Source of the DNA: Candidatus Saccharimonadota bacterium
Lineage (GTDB): Bacteria > Patescibacteriota > Saccharimonadia > Saccharimonadales > Saccharimonadaceae
Direction: 5' to 3'
Length of the DNA stretch: 64,000 nucleotides
Assembly: GCA_030528625.1 (NCBI GenBank)
Contig: JAUMYN010000001.1
Coordinates: 451,800-515,799, forward strand
This document shows positions 8,799 through 18,340 of the stretch, piece by piece (the first letter of the stretch is position 1; each line of letters opens with the position of its first letter). The notes under the pieces were generated by a model. It saw nothing but the letters and a program-made list of their open reading frames with translations. It was not told where the DNA came from and did not search any database. The position numbers were made by a program, and so were the translations under genes.

Positions 8799-9913
8799 CC
8801 CTCTCCTTTCTCTTTCCTTGCCTGTCGCTCAATAATCTTGGCGCGCAGCTGGGCCGTTTCGGTTATAATCCGCACCACCTGGCCAACCTCCAGCGCTCCT
8901 TCAATCATGGCATAGCCACGCCGCAATGCCAGTGCTGGATCGTACTCGGCAATCCGCGCCTGCATGAGCTGCAACCGCTCGAGCTCCCCGTCAACACGGG
9001 ATCGCCACGCCGCCAAGGCCTGCGTGCTGACCGCTTGCACTTGTTCCAGTGCCTGCTGCGCCGCGCGCTGCACCACCGCACCAGCCGTCTGCACCTGCAA
9101 CTGCACTGTTCGCAGCACTTCGTGTTTGTCCGGCAAGAGCAGCTGCGCCGCGTTGCTTGGCGTGGCTGCGCGGACATCGGCCGCCAAATCACACAAGCTC
9201 TCATCGGTTTCATGCCCAATACCGGTCAGCACCGGCACGCGGCTGGCCGCCACAGCCCTCACCAGCAGCTCATCATTAAAAGCGCCCAGATCGTCGGCGC
9301 TGCCGCCGCCGCGAATCAGCACAATTACCTCTGGCAACTCGGTCAGTTGCTGCGCTCGTTCCAGGGCGGCAATCATCTGGTCGGCCGCGCCTGCCCCCTG
9401 CACTGCCACCGGAAACACCACAAAACGCCCGCCGCCCCAGCGTTCAGCGGCAATTTTCATAAAATCAGCATAGCCTGCCGCCTGTAGACTAGAGATCACC
9501 GCCACTCGCCCAGGCAGCCGCGGCAGCGGACGCTTGCGCGACTCGTCAAACAGCCCCTCAGCCGCCAATCGCCGCTTCAGCAGCTCAAAACTGCGCCTTA
9601 GCTGACCCTCGCCAACAGGCGTGATGCCTTGTACCGTCAGACTAAACTTCCCCCATGCCGTCAGCTTAGGCGTAGCACGCACCACCACGCGCATCCCATC
9701 CTCGACCGCCAACCGCAGCTGCCAAGCCATCATAAAGCAGCTGATCGTCCCGCTCTCATCCTTGAGGTCAAAAAAGACATATTTCTGCTGGTTAATCTTA
9801 AAGCTGGCTACCTCGCCTTCAATTTCCATTGGCCCCAGCGACGCCTCCAGCACCTGATTGGCGATGGCCAGAAAATCGCTGACGCTAACTCTCGGAACCA
9901 CGCGGCGTTCCAT
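8795..9913 (-). CDS. xseA: exodeoxyribonuclease VII large subunit
   Basis: 372 aa with an OB-fold N-terminus and catalytic core VIVLIRGGGSADDLGAFNDE...GIGHETD typical of XseA. Confidence 0.85.
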   Translation of the reverse strand: MERRVVPRVSVSDFLAIANQVLEASLGPMEIEGEVASFKINQQKYVFFDLKDESGTISCFMMAWQLRLAVEDGMRVVVRATPKLTAWGKFSLTVQGITPVGEGQLRRSFELLKRRLAAEGLFDESRKRPLPRLPGRVAVISSLQAAGYADFMKIAAERWGGGRFVVFPVAVQGAGAADQMIAALERAQQLTELPEVIVLIRGGGSADDLGAFNDELLVRAVAASRVPVLTGIGHETDESLCDLAADVRAATPSNAAQLLLPDKHEVLRTVQLQVQTAGAVVQRAAQQALEQVQAVSTQALAAWRSRVDGELERLQLMQARIAEYDPALALRRGYAMIEGALEVGQVVRIITETAQLRAKIIERQARKEKGEG

Positions 9914-10964
9914 ATTTTAGCAATGCGTGCTGATAGAACAGATAGCCAAACACGATGGTGCCAGTCAGCAAAATAGCGCGGGTCAAGACAATCCCAGCGA
10001 TCGCTGCCCCTGGATCGACGCCCGATAATTGCAAAAACAAGATCATAATCGTCTCATGCACCCCAGCACCACCTGGCGTAAACGCCACCAAGCCAGCCAG
10101 ACCAGCCACCCCGTAGCCGATCATCAACACCGCTGGATCGACAGTGATGCCTAACGAATGGAAGGTCACCACGAACATCAGCACATCAATCGACGAATAC
10201 ACCAAACCCCACAGAAATGGCCGAATCACCAGCGACTTCTCGCCTGATAGCTCGCCAAAATCATCGTGCATCTCCAAAAAGAACGCCTCCACCTTGGCCG
10301 CCACCACCATCTGCTTCACCTTGCCAAAACTCGCCGCCCGCGCCAGCCGGTTCAACCAACGCGCAATCACCTGCGCCGCCCGATGCATTCGCTGCTTGGA
10401 TTTGAACATATGCACCACCAAAGCCGACAGCCCCAAAAGCACACAGATCAACCCCACGCCGCCCAGCATCACCCAAGTGTTCAGATGATCAGCAATACCG
10501 AGCACAATCAGGCTCACCGCCATCAGCACCACGTAAGCCACAAACCCCATCACATAGCGCACCACCTGCGCAAACGTCGAACGCGCTGGCGGCACCCCCA
10601 GTTTGTGCAGCCGCCAGGCCACGTAGGACATGCCGCTTGCCCCGCCCGACGGAAAGAGGTGATTAACCAAATTCAACTCCAAATCAATGCGTGTCTGTGT
10701 GAGGCGCGAAATATGACGGATCAGTTTTTTGCCCCGCAAATACGAAAACACCATCTCGCCGCCAGCAAAATAGACGATGAACTGCAAGGGGATGAGCAGC
10801 AGCAGCATCCTAATGTCAGCCTGTCCCAGCAACTCCCAGGCCCGCACCAACTGATGCCGCGAAGCATAAATAATAACCCCCAGGACGATCAGCGTAATGC
10901 CGCTCATAATCATCCGCGGTGACTTGAGCGCACGTAAAAGACGTCGAATCCCCTTCGATAACAT
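9885..10964 (-). CDS. flippase-like / lysylphosphatidylglycerol-synthase TM-region family membrane protein (UPF0104)
   Basis: 359 aa with about 8 TM helices. The AFTPGGAGVHE motif resembles the PGGLGVxE motif of the YbhN/LPG_synthase_TM family. Confidence 0.6.
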   Translation of the reverse strand: MLSKGIRRLLRALKSPRMIMSGITLIVLGVIIYASRHQLVRAWELLGQADIRMLLLLIPLQFIVYFAGGEMVFSYLRGKKLIRHISRLTQTRIDLELNLVNHLFPSGGASGMSYVAWRLHKLGVPPARSTFAQVVRYVMGFVAYVVLMAVSLIVLGIADHLNTWVMLGGVGLICVLLGLSALVVHMFKSKQRMHRAAQVIARWLNRLARAASFGKVKQMVVAAKVEAFFLEMHDDFGELSGEKSLVIRPFLWGLVYSSIDVLMFVVTFHSLGITVDPAVLMIGYGVAGLAGLVAFTPGGAGVHETIMILFLQLSGVDPGAAIAGIVLTRAILLTGTIVFGYLFYQHALLKYGTPRGSES

Positions 10965-11003
10965 GAGCTCATTATATCATGCCATTTTTGCTATAATCAA
11001 ATC

Positions 11004-12188
11004 ATGATAATCGCCCTGCTTGGACGCCAGCCAGAATTATCCCTTGCCGAACTAGCGGCCGTCTTTGGCGCGGCGCAGGTACGCCACCTTGGGTCAAGCG
11101 CCGAAGTAGCTACCGAGGACTTCCCCATCGATTCGCTGGGCGGCACCCTCACCTGCGGCTCTATCGTTCATCGCCTACCCGCCAGCGGCACTGACCAGGC
11201 CTGTCTGGCGGCGGCCTCCCGCTACATCACCACGCACTACGCTGCACAGTGGCACACTCAACCAGCCAAGCTGACGCTCGGCATCAGCGCCCACGGCCTG
11301 GATGTCTCGCCGCGAGCAGTACAGGCCATCGGCCTCCGGCTCAAAACTACGCTCAAAAAATCATCGGTCAGCCTTCGTCTTATTCCTAACCAGACCGCTG
11401 CCCTGTCCACCGCCACGGCGCACCACAACAAGCTCGGCCGCAGCCCGCGCCGCATTGAACTCCTGATCATCCGCGCCGGCCGGCAGCTCATCATCGCCGA
11501 AAGCCGCGGCACCCAAAATATCAGCGCCTATGCCTTTCGCGACCGACGCCGACCGCGCCGCGACGCTTTTGTCGGCATGCTACCGCCTAAGCTCGCCCAG
11601 CTCATGATCAATCTCGCCCTGGGGCCGCGCGCACTAGCCAGCAACGATTCTCCTTGCGTGCTTGACCCGTTCTGCGGCACTGGCACCGTCCTTCAGGAGG
11701 CGCTACTAAAAGGCTGCGCAGTGCTCGGTTCTGACCTGAACCATAAAATGATTGATTACACTGTCGAAAATCTTGATTGGCTGCAAGCCACGCACCGCCC
11801 CGCTGGCAAGGTGCTTGAGGTGAAACAGGGCGACGCCATGACTACGCAGTGGCCGACGACTCCTCCGATTGATGCCGTCGTTTGCGAAACCTATCTGGGC
11901 CAGCCCTTTTCCGCACCGCCTCGGCCCGAAAAGCTCGCCGAGGTCGTTGGCAACTGCAATCATATCATCACCGAATTTTTGCGCAACCTCCACCCCCAGC
12001 TCCGCCCCGGCACGCCTCTCTGTATCGCCGTACCAGCCTGGGCCGATGCCGCGGGGCGCTTCACACACCTACCACTCATCCGCCAGCTGGAAAAGCTGGG
12101 CTATCAGTTAACCCAGCCTCAGCCGCTCATCTATCATCGCCCCGGCCAGGTCGTTGCCCGCCAGCTGCTGGTACTGCGCCGCCGATAA
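11004..12188 (+). CDS. THUMP-domain RNA (guanine-N2) methyltransferase-like protein
   Basis: 394 aa. VLDPFCGTGTVLQEA is SAM-binding motif I of the Trm11/RlmL-type N6/N2 methyltransferases. The N-terminal half is of THUMP-like size. Confidence 0.6.
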   Translation: MIIALLGRQPELSLAELAAVFGAAQVRHLGSSAEVATEDFPIDSLGGTLTCGSIVHRLPASGTDQACLAAASRYITTHYAAQWHTQPAKLTLGISAHGLDVSPRAVQAIGLRLKTTLKKSSVSLRLIPNQTAALSTATAHHNKLGRSPRRIELLIIRAGRQLIIAESRGTQNISAYAFRDRRRPRRDAFVGMLPPKLAQLMINLALGPRALASNDSPCVLDPFCGTGTVLQEALLKGCAVLGSDLNHKMIDYTVENLDWLQATHRPAGKVLEVKQGDAMTTQWPTTPPIDAVVCETYLGQPFSAPPRPEKLAEVVGNCNHIITEFLRNLHPQLRPGTPLCIAVPAWADAAGRFTHLPLIRQLEKLGYQLTQPQPLIYHRPGQVVARQLLVLRRR

Positions 12189-12212
12189 CCTAGCTCTTTA
12201 AGGCGCTGGCGG

Positions 12213-12241
12213 CTTGACTTTTCACTCGTCATGCCTTACAA
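12213..12241 (+). promoter_or_regulatory. sigma-70-type promoter of rpmA (TTGACT-17-TACAAT)
   Basis: TTGACT at 12213-12218, a 17-nt spacer, then TACAAT at 12236-12241. An AAGGAG ribosome-binding site lies 7 nt before the ATG. Confidence 0.6.
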
Positions 12242-12280
12242 TGATACGGATTGTTTATAGAAATCATAAGGAGTGAAGAG

Positions 12281-12553
12281 ATGTCAAAAGTCAAAGCTGG
12301 CGGCTCAAGCAAAAACGTCCATAACAACCCCGGTCAGCGCCTGGGCGTCAAGCGTTTCGGCGGCCAAAAAGTCAATGCTGGCGAAGTGTTAGTACGCCAG
12401 ACCGGCGCCACCAAAATCGCTGGCGAAGGTGCCTACATGAGCCGCAACTATACCATTCATGCGGCCAAAGACGGCGTGGTGAGCTTTAAGCGCGTCAAAA
12501 AGACCCGCTTCACCGGCAAAACCGAGCGCCGCACCGAAGTGTGCGTGGGATAA
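12281..12553 (+). CDS. rpmA: 50S ribosomal protein L27
   Basis: MSKVKAGGSSKN...RLGVKRFGG...VRQTG is the L27 signature. Start moved to the internal Met of ORF 12251..12553. Confidence 0.9.
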   Translation: MSKVKAGGSSKNVHNNPGQRLGVKRFGGQKVNAGEVLVRQTGATKIAGEGAYMSRNYTIHAAKDGVVSFKRVKKTRFTGKTERRTEVCVG

Positions 12554-12582
12554 TACCTTCCGTATATGCGACGTAAGCATTC

Positions 12583-12608
12583 AAAAACAGCCCTCTGGGG
12601 CTGTTTTT
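12583..12608. terminator. bidirectional rho-independent terminator (rpmA / convergent gene)
   Basis: aaaaACAGCCCtctgGGGCTGTtttt: a 7-bp GC-rich stem with 4-nt loop, A-run 5' and T-run 3'. Confidence 0.7.
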
Positions 12609-12623
12609 AGTTGAAGACGCCAG

Positions 12624-13640
12624 TCACCATCGACTTAACTGGCCATAAAGTGCCTGCTGCATATTCGTTACAGTCGCCTCCGCGCCTGGCAGTCTGTTAC
12701 AGTGTCTCGTTAGATGGCCAATAAAACAAGCACTCAGGACAGACCGCACCTTTTCACTCACCATCCCGGCAGCGGCACCAATTCCCCGAGAAAGCTCTTC
12801 GCTTCTCACTTTTAGTCTCTGAGGGTCGCCTTGCTCTATGGCGGCGATATCAAGCTGTTCTTTCACACCAGCCAGTACAGAATCAAGTACAGAATCGAAA
12901 TACTCTTTACCAGGTTCTCTATTCAACGGCCGTAGTGCACCCGAAAGCTCCTGCCACAACTCATAGGTATCTTTTCCACCCAGCGCACCCAGATAAAGCG
13001 CAGCGGTGTGCAAGTCAACGGCCCCAATCTCAGTACCTTCGGTCAACAATCGCTGGGCCTCATCTATGAACAGGGACTGATCATTCGGATTGTGTCGAAT
13101 AGCCTTTTGCGCCCAATCGAAAGGCCAAACGACACGCTTAGCCCCTTCGCCCTTATCGGGCTCCTGCGACCACTCTTTAGGTACTGCCAACGATGGCAAC
13201 TCGGGCTGGGCATTGCCGACGTTGCTATCACTGCCGCTGCCGCCTTGCGGCAACAACCGCGTTATATCTAACGGCTGCTGAACCGCCAGTCTATTAAGGT
13301 AGTCGTCCAAGTGTGGATCCGGCACAACACCCTCCACCCGCGGCCTCCCAAGACCAAGATTTGGGTCGCCCAAATCAACAGAGCTCTGAACACCGCACTC
13401 CTCAGCTGAAGCGATGAAAGGTTCTAGCGCTGTAAACGGTATCTTTAACTCACCACCCTTAGGGCATCGGAGTATTGATGTAATAGCAGCCTCGCCAAGC
13501 TTATTATTAGATGACTCGCCGTCTACCCGCTCGCCGCCATCAATCCGTTGTGCTACCTCAACGTAGAATGTATCCTCGCCGTCTCGCCAGAAAGGAATAG
13601 CCGGCGTTCGTGTTGTTTCTAGTGCAGCCTTATTACTCAT
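12624..13640 (-). CDS. hypothetical protein
   Basis: ORF 12624..13661. Start taken at MSNKAAL. No recognisable domain. Confidence 0.5.
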   Translation of the reverse strand: MSNKAALETTRTPAIPFWRDGEDTFYVEVAQRIDGGERVDGESSNNKLGEAAITSILRCPKGGELKIPFTALEPFIASAEECGVQSSVDLGDPNLGLGRPRVEGVVPDPHLDDYLNRLAVQQPLDITRLLPQGGSGSDSNVGNAQPELPSLAVPKEWSQEPDKGEGAKRVVWPFDWAQKAIRHNPNDQSLFIDEAQRLLTEGTEIGAVDLHTAALYLGALGGKDTYELWQELSGALRPLNREPGKEYFDSVLDSVLAGVKEQLDIAAIEQGDPQRLKVRSEELSRGIGAAAGMVSEKVRSVLSACFIGHLTRHCNRLPGAEATVTNMQQALYGQLSRW

Positions 13641-13726
13641 GTTGCAATTATACCAAACCACAAGCGAAATGTCAAGCTATGAGAGCTATTTTCTGCTAGT
13701 TTGGCAATAGCGCAAGAAGTGCAGAG

Positions 13727-14119
13727 CTAAGCCGCCATGCCTAAATGATGCTTGACGCGCGCTACCACGTCACCGATGACAACTTGCGATTTGACCATGT
13801 ACTCATCAACCCCCAGGCCTTCGGCGCGCTCCTTGTCTTTCGGCTGGCTAAGCGCCGTCAGCATAATGATTCGCACATTGGCCGTCTCAGGCGTATTGCG
13901 CAAAATGTCCAGTACGTCAAAGCCGCTGATCTTGGGCATCATGGCATCAAGTAAAATCAGATCTGGGTGATAAGCGATTGTGGCCGACAACGCCTCCTCG
14001 CCGTTATGCACTTCGCGCACCTCAAAGCCCTCCAACTCCAGGCGAGTACGGTATACTGCCGACAACGCAACGTCATCTTCTACCAATAAAATCTTCTTCT
14101 TTGCATCCATATCTTTCAT
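13727..14119 (-). CDS. single-domain response regulator (receiver only)
   Basis: KKILLVEDDVALS ... LILLDAMMPKISG ... IMLTA is a CheY-like receiver without an output domain. Start at MKDMDAKKK. Confidence 0.8.
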   Translation of the reverse strand: MKDMDAKKKILLVEDDVALSAVYRTRLELEGFEVREVHNGEEALSATIAYHPDLILLDAMMPKISGFDVLDILRNTPETANVRIIMLTALSQPKDKERAEGLGVDEYMVKSQVVIGDVVARVKHHLGMAA

Positions 14120-14152
14120 TCTACCCGCTTGGCGATGAAAACACAAGCATTA

Positions 14153-15322
14153 TCACTGCCGCGCCCGGTCCAGCTGCGGATCGCGTCCAGCGTTGACATC
14201 ATCAGCGCTGAGTTCGACCACCTCGTCGGGCTGAATGCCCTGGCCGTCAATACTAACCCCCTTGGCAGTAAACCAGCGGGCCTCGGTTACTTTCAGCTTG
14301 CCACCGCCGCTCAGATTGATCAGTTGCTGCACGCTTCCCTTACCATAACTCTTCTCGCCGATCAGGCGGGCCTTGCCGTGGTCACGCAGCGCCCCAGCCA
14401 CGATTTCCGACGCGCTAGCGCTGCCGTTGTTGATCAGCACCACCGTTGGCATCTCGGCTAATAGCGGGCGGCCAGTGGAGCGCACTGTCTTGATAACGCG
14501 GTCGCCTCGTCGCTCGGTCATCACCACTTGATCATCCAGCCACAGGCCAGCCAGCGCCTGAGCGGCCGCCACGGTGCCGCCTGGATTATAGCGCAGGTCG
14601 AGAATCACCCGCTTGACACCAGCATGACGAAACTCCTCAGCGGCCCGTCGTGCCAACTGGGCCGTGTCGCCGTTAAAACGCGCCACTTTCATAATGCCGT
14701 GCTCGCCGCTTACTTCCCACTCGACTGTCGGCGCGGTGATGTGCTGGCGAGTAATGCTCAGCTCGCGGCGCTCTCGCCCCTGTAGGAGCGTCAGCTTTAC
14801 CGTACTACCCACCTCGCCGCGGATTTTGGCCACCACCTGATCAACTGTCTGGGCCAAGACAACCTCGTCGTTAATTTTGACGATCACATCGCCAGCCCGC
14901 ACTCCCGAGCGCTCCGCCGGGCTGCCCTTGAGCGGCCTGACGATGGTCGGCCGGTCATTGCGCAGGCCGATTTCAGCACCAATGCCGCCGCCGATGCTAC
15001 CGCTCATCGATTTTTCAAACTCCGCCACGTCCTGCTGGTTGAGATAGCTGGTGTGTGCATCGCCAGCAGCTGCCACCAGCCCGCGCTTGGCACCATCAAT
15101 CAATGCTTGGTCGTCCAGCGATCCGTCGTAGTGCGCCTTTAGCTGCCGATATGTCTCCTGAACGCTACTCATGTCCAGCGCACCAGTCGGCACTCGCAGT
15201 CCCAGGGCCGACCCAGCAGCTGCCACCAACTGCTCGGCCCGCGTCCCGGCAACAAAACTCACCAGCGCAATGAGCACCGCCCACGCCACTAACCAACCTG
15301 TTCGTCGTTTCCCCTGTTCCAT
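14153..15322 (-). CDS. ctpA: S41 family C-terminal processing peptidase
   Basis: 389 aa with an N-terminal TM anchor, a PDZ segment and the NNGSASASEIVAGAL serine-protease motif of the Ctp/Prc family. Confidence 0.85.
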   Translation of the reverse strand: MEQGKRRTGWLVAWAVLIALVSFVAGTRAEQLVAAAGSALGLRVPTGALDMSSVQETYRQLKAHYDGSLDDQALIDGAKRGLVAAAGDAHTSYLNQQDVAEFEKSMSGSIGGGIGAEIGLRNDRPTIVRPLKGSPAERSGVRAGDVIVKINDEVVLAQTVDQVVAKIRGEVGSTVKLTLLQGRERRELSITRQHITAPTVEWEVSGEHGIMKVARFNGDTAQLARRAAEEFRHAGVKRVILDLRYNPGGTVAAAQALAGLWLDDQVVMTERRGDRVIKTVRSTGRPLLAEMPTVVLINNGSASASEIVAGALRDHGKARLIGEKSYGKGSVQQLINLSGGGKLKVTEARWFTAKGVSIDGQGIQPDEVVELSADDVNAGRDPQLDRARQ

Positions 15323-15389
15323 TCCTCCAGTATAGCACGAACGGCATAAAAATAGCGCCGACTGGCGGTGCTATTAGCGTCTCTCTGGG

Positions 15390-16565
15390 CTAGAAGTAGA
15401 TATACGTCAAATTACGCGCCGCAGCATCGCCAGCACTAATCTTGTAGTGACGATAACGGCCATCCCATGCGAGATTATAGTCGCTCACCGTCAGCGAGCC
15501 GTCGCCGTGCACTGCCTCGACATACATCACATGACCATAGTAGCCGACCTTCCACACCGCCACCGAACCAGCTTTTGGCGTTTTGCCATTAGGGATACCG
15601 TGCCGCGAAGTAGTAGCCGGCCACTGGTAGGCGTGCCCCTGTCCAGCGAAGTGCGGTACATATCGGCCAGTGCTGTGCACCTTCCATGCTGCATAGCTCA
15701 CACATTCACGAGTGTAAAGTCCCCAGTTATCCACGTAGGCATCCAGTGGTGCATTCTGCCATATAGCCGGATAGCCTCCGCCGCCCGCGCTTGGTGGCGG
15801 CACCGCCGCCCCGCCGCCGCCATTGCGCCGTTGCTCGGCCGCCAGGGCCGCCGCAATAGCTGCTCGCTGCTGCTCACGGAGCTTGGTGATGTCGGCATTA
15901 TGCTTGGCCGCCAATTGCGCGTAGGCGTTCTGGTCATTTTTAGTATCGGCCACCAGTTTCGCCTGTTCCGCCTGCTTGGCCGCTAGTTGCGTCCGCTGCG
16001 ACTGCTGATCTTTCAGCACCTTAGCTACTTCTTGTTTGGTGGTTTCTAGTTTTTTCTGCAACTCGCGAATCTCGGCAATTTTATCGGTCAGCCCCTGGCG
16101 CAGGCTGCTACGATGCTCTTGCTGATCGATGAAGTCGCCAATGTTTTTGCTGCTAGCCAGCATTTCCAAAGGTGAGATCTGGTCGTCCAGATAAATGTCC
16201 GACAGAATATCGCCCAACGCTTCGCGATTCTCCTCGATACGACGCTGGTTTTCGGCGATCTGCGCCGTCAGTTCATCGTGCTTCTTTTGGCTAGTGTCAA
16301 TTTGCGCCTGAATATCGGCTGCTTGGCGATTTAATACGTCCAGCTGCCCCTGAAGTGTCGATGCCATCTCCCCCAGACGAGCCGCTTCGGCGCTCGCTTG
16401 ATCGGATTCGCGCTGCTTGGCCCGAATTTCCGCTTCATAATTTCTGGCAATAACCTGGCTTCCCAGTTGTTGCAGGCCGACTCCCGCCATCAATACCGCC
16501 ACAGCGATGATGCTCGCCCGGCGGGCTAATGAGGCGGAAACTGGTGTGGTGGACCGTTGTTTCAT
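15390..16565 (-). CDS. coiled-coil peptidoglycan hydrolase with C-terminal CHAP domain (PcsB/RipC-like)
   Basis: The N-terminal 250 aa are Q/A/E/K-rich coiled coil. The C-terminal CVSYAAWKV...GHVMYVEAV segment is a CHAP Cys/His amidase. Start set at MKQRSTT (ATG 16563-16565) to avoid overlapping ftsX. Confidence 0.75.
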   Translation of the reverse strand: MKQRSTTPVSASLARRASIIAVAVLMAGVGLQQLGSQVIARNYEAEIRAKQRESDQASAEAARLGEMASTLQGQLDVLNRQAADIQAQIDTSQKKHDELTAQIAENQRRIEENREALGDILSDIYLDDQISPLEMLASSKNIGDFIDQQEHRSSLRQGLTDKIAEIRELQKKLETTKQEVAKVLKDQQSQRTQLAAKQAEQAKLVADTKNDQNAYAQLAAKHNADITKLREQQRAAIAAALAAEQRRNGGGGAAVPPPSAGGGGYPAIWQNAPLDAYVDNWGLYTRECVSYAAWKVHSTGRYVPHFAGQGHAYQWPATTSRHGIPNGKTPKAGSVAVWKVGYYGHVMYVEAVHGDGSLTVSDYNLAWDGRYRHYKISAGDAAARNLTYIYF

Positions 16566-16602
16566 GCCTCCATTATAGCATAAGCACATTGGCCGCGTCA
16601 AG

Positions 16603-17580
16603 CTAAATCTTGAGATATTTGCGAGTGGCAACAAACGACGAGAGTGCGCCAATCAGCGCGCCGAGCACCACCATCGCCAACACCACTAGACCGACATACA
16701 ACACCAAATTATCAATCATCGCTTGCATCGGCAGCCCAGCCTGAGTCATCGGCTCTCGCGCGGCAAACAATAGCCCATAACCAGCACCAGTCGCGATCAG
16801 CGCCGCGATAAAGCCGTACATCATCGACTCAATGATAAATGGCCCGCGAATAAAACCGCGTTCCGCCCCGATTAGCTTCATCATCTGAATCTCATCCTTA
16901 CGATTAAAGATTGCCATACGAATAGTGTTGAACACCACTAACGCCGAGATAATGATAAATACCACCGTAGTCACCGCCCCGACAATACTGGCCGTGTCTA
17001 TCCATTCGGTAATTTTCTTGATGCTCTCACGGCGCTTGCCGGCGAAGGACGGCTCCCGGGCAGGGTCGCGCAGCCGCCGATACAGCTCGTCATTCTTGAT
17101 AAATTCTTCAAGCGGCGTTGTATTATTAACATCATGCAAATTCACCCTCAAAGTAGCCGGAAAACGATTGACGGCCTCTTTGATAGCCTCCAGCACCCCG
17201 CTATCGCGCTTATTCTGCTCGATATAATTCTGGCGCGCCTCATCTGGCGATACATAATGCACCGCCTTGACATTCGGCCGCTCCGCCAGGCGCTGCGATA
17301 ACTGATTGATCTCGTCGCGTTGACTGCTCCCCTTGAGGTAGATGGAGTAATCGACTGTTTCACTAAGATTGTCCACCGTCATCGACAGCACCTGGCGCGC
17401 CGACACGGTGACAAAAATAATGAGCAGCGTCACGCTCATCACGGCGGTAGCCGCCACCGTCAACCAAGCGTTACGGCTAAAGTTGTGCACGCCATAACGG
17501 CACATCCGCCACAATGTCAGCGTCCGGCGGCGGCGGCGCTTCATGCGTTGCAAAGCTTTGTGATTGGTTTTCTTGGTCAT
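16603..17580 (-). CDS. ftsX: cell-division permease-like protein FtsX
   Basis: 325 aa with four TM helices and a large extracytoplasmic loop. It immediately follows ftsE with a 4-nt overlap. Confidence 0.85.
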   Translation of the reverse strand: MTKKTNHKALQRMKRRRRRTLTLWRMCRYGVHNFSRNAWLTVAATAVMSVTLLIIFVTVSARQVLSMTVDNLSETVDYSIYLKGSSQRDEINQLSQRLAERPNVKAVHYVSPDEARQNYIEQNKRDSGVLEAIKEAVNRFPATLRVNLHDVNNTTPLEEFIKNDELYRRLRDPAREPSFAGKRRESIKKITEWIDTASIVGAVTTVVFIIISALVVFNTIRMAIFNRKDEIQMMKLIGAERGFIRGPFIIESMMYGFIAALIATGAGYGLLFAAREPMTQAGLPMQAMIDNLVLYVGLVVLAMVVLGALIGALSSFVATRKYLKI

Positions 17581-18260
17581 TGCTTGTAACTCCCCCGGGC
17601 TTGGTCGGAGATGATCTTGCCGTGGTCAATGGTGATCACCCGCCGCTTGAGCTTGTTGACAATTTCGACATTATGCGTGGTCAATAACACCGTGGTACCG
17701 TATTTGTTAATCTTTTCTAGCAGGCGCACGATATCCCACGAATGCTTGGGGTCGAGGTTGCCTGTCGGCTCGTCGGCAATCAGGATTTTCGGCTGGCGCA
17801 CGATGGCCCGAGCGATAGCGACGCGCTGACGCTCGCCGCCAGATAGCTGATGCGGAAAATTCTTTTCCTTCCCCTTGAGACCCACCAAATCAATTACCTT
17901 CGGTACCGTCGATTTGATCTCGCGATTGGTCATGCCGGCAATTTCTAGCGCAAAGGCCACGTTCTCGAACACCGTGCGATTTGGCAGCAGCTTAAAATCC
18001 TGAAACACCACGCCAATCTTGCGCCTGAGCAGCGGGATGTGCTTGTCTTTGAGCGTATCATAATCGATGCCGCCAACGACAATCTTGCCGCTGGATGGCT
18101 TTTCCTCGCGCGTCAGTAGCTTGAGCAAGGTTGACTTACCAGCTCCTGACGTTCCCACCAAAATCACGAACTCGCCAGCCTTGACATGCACGCTAACGCG
18201 GTTGAGCGCTGGCTTGCCCTCCTTGCCATAATTCTTGGTTACCCTATCTAGCAAAATCAT
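17577..18260 (-). CDS. ftsE: cell-division ATP-binding protein FtsE
   Basis: Walker A GTSGAGKST, ABC signature LSGGERQRVAIARA and Walker B ILIADEP. 227 aa. Confidence 0.9.
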   Translation of the reverse strand: MILLDRVTKNYGKEGKPALNRVSVHVKAGEFVILVGTSGAGKSTLLKLLTREEKPSSGKIVVGGIDYDTLKDKHIPLLRRKIGVVFQDFKLLPNRTVFENVAFALEIAGMTNREIKSTVPKVIDLVGLKGKEKNFPHQLSGGERQRVAIARAIVRQPKILIADEPTGNLDPKHSWDIVRLLEKINKYGTTVLLTTHNVEIVNKLKRRVITIDHGKIISDQARGSYKQ

Positions 18261-18340
18261 ACGTAGTTAGTGTAACAGATTTTTGCAAAAAGCGCGAGCA
18301 ATTTGCTGCTGTGCTATACTGGTGTCCATAAGGAGGTGTT

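Noticed and set aside
8588-9487. 299-aa and 169-aa plus-strand ORFs (8588-9487, 8964-9473)
   Set aside because: They are antisense to xseA, whose XseA motifs are clear. The translations are Arg/Ala/Cys-rich junk, as expected for GC-rich DNA.
10144-10922. Several plus-strand ORFs, including a 218-aa His/Pro/Gln-rich frame
   Set aside because: They are entirely antisense to the well-supported 359-aa membrane-protein gene (9885-10964). The long open frames result from high GC. Their composition is low-complexity with no motif.
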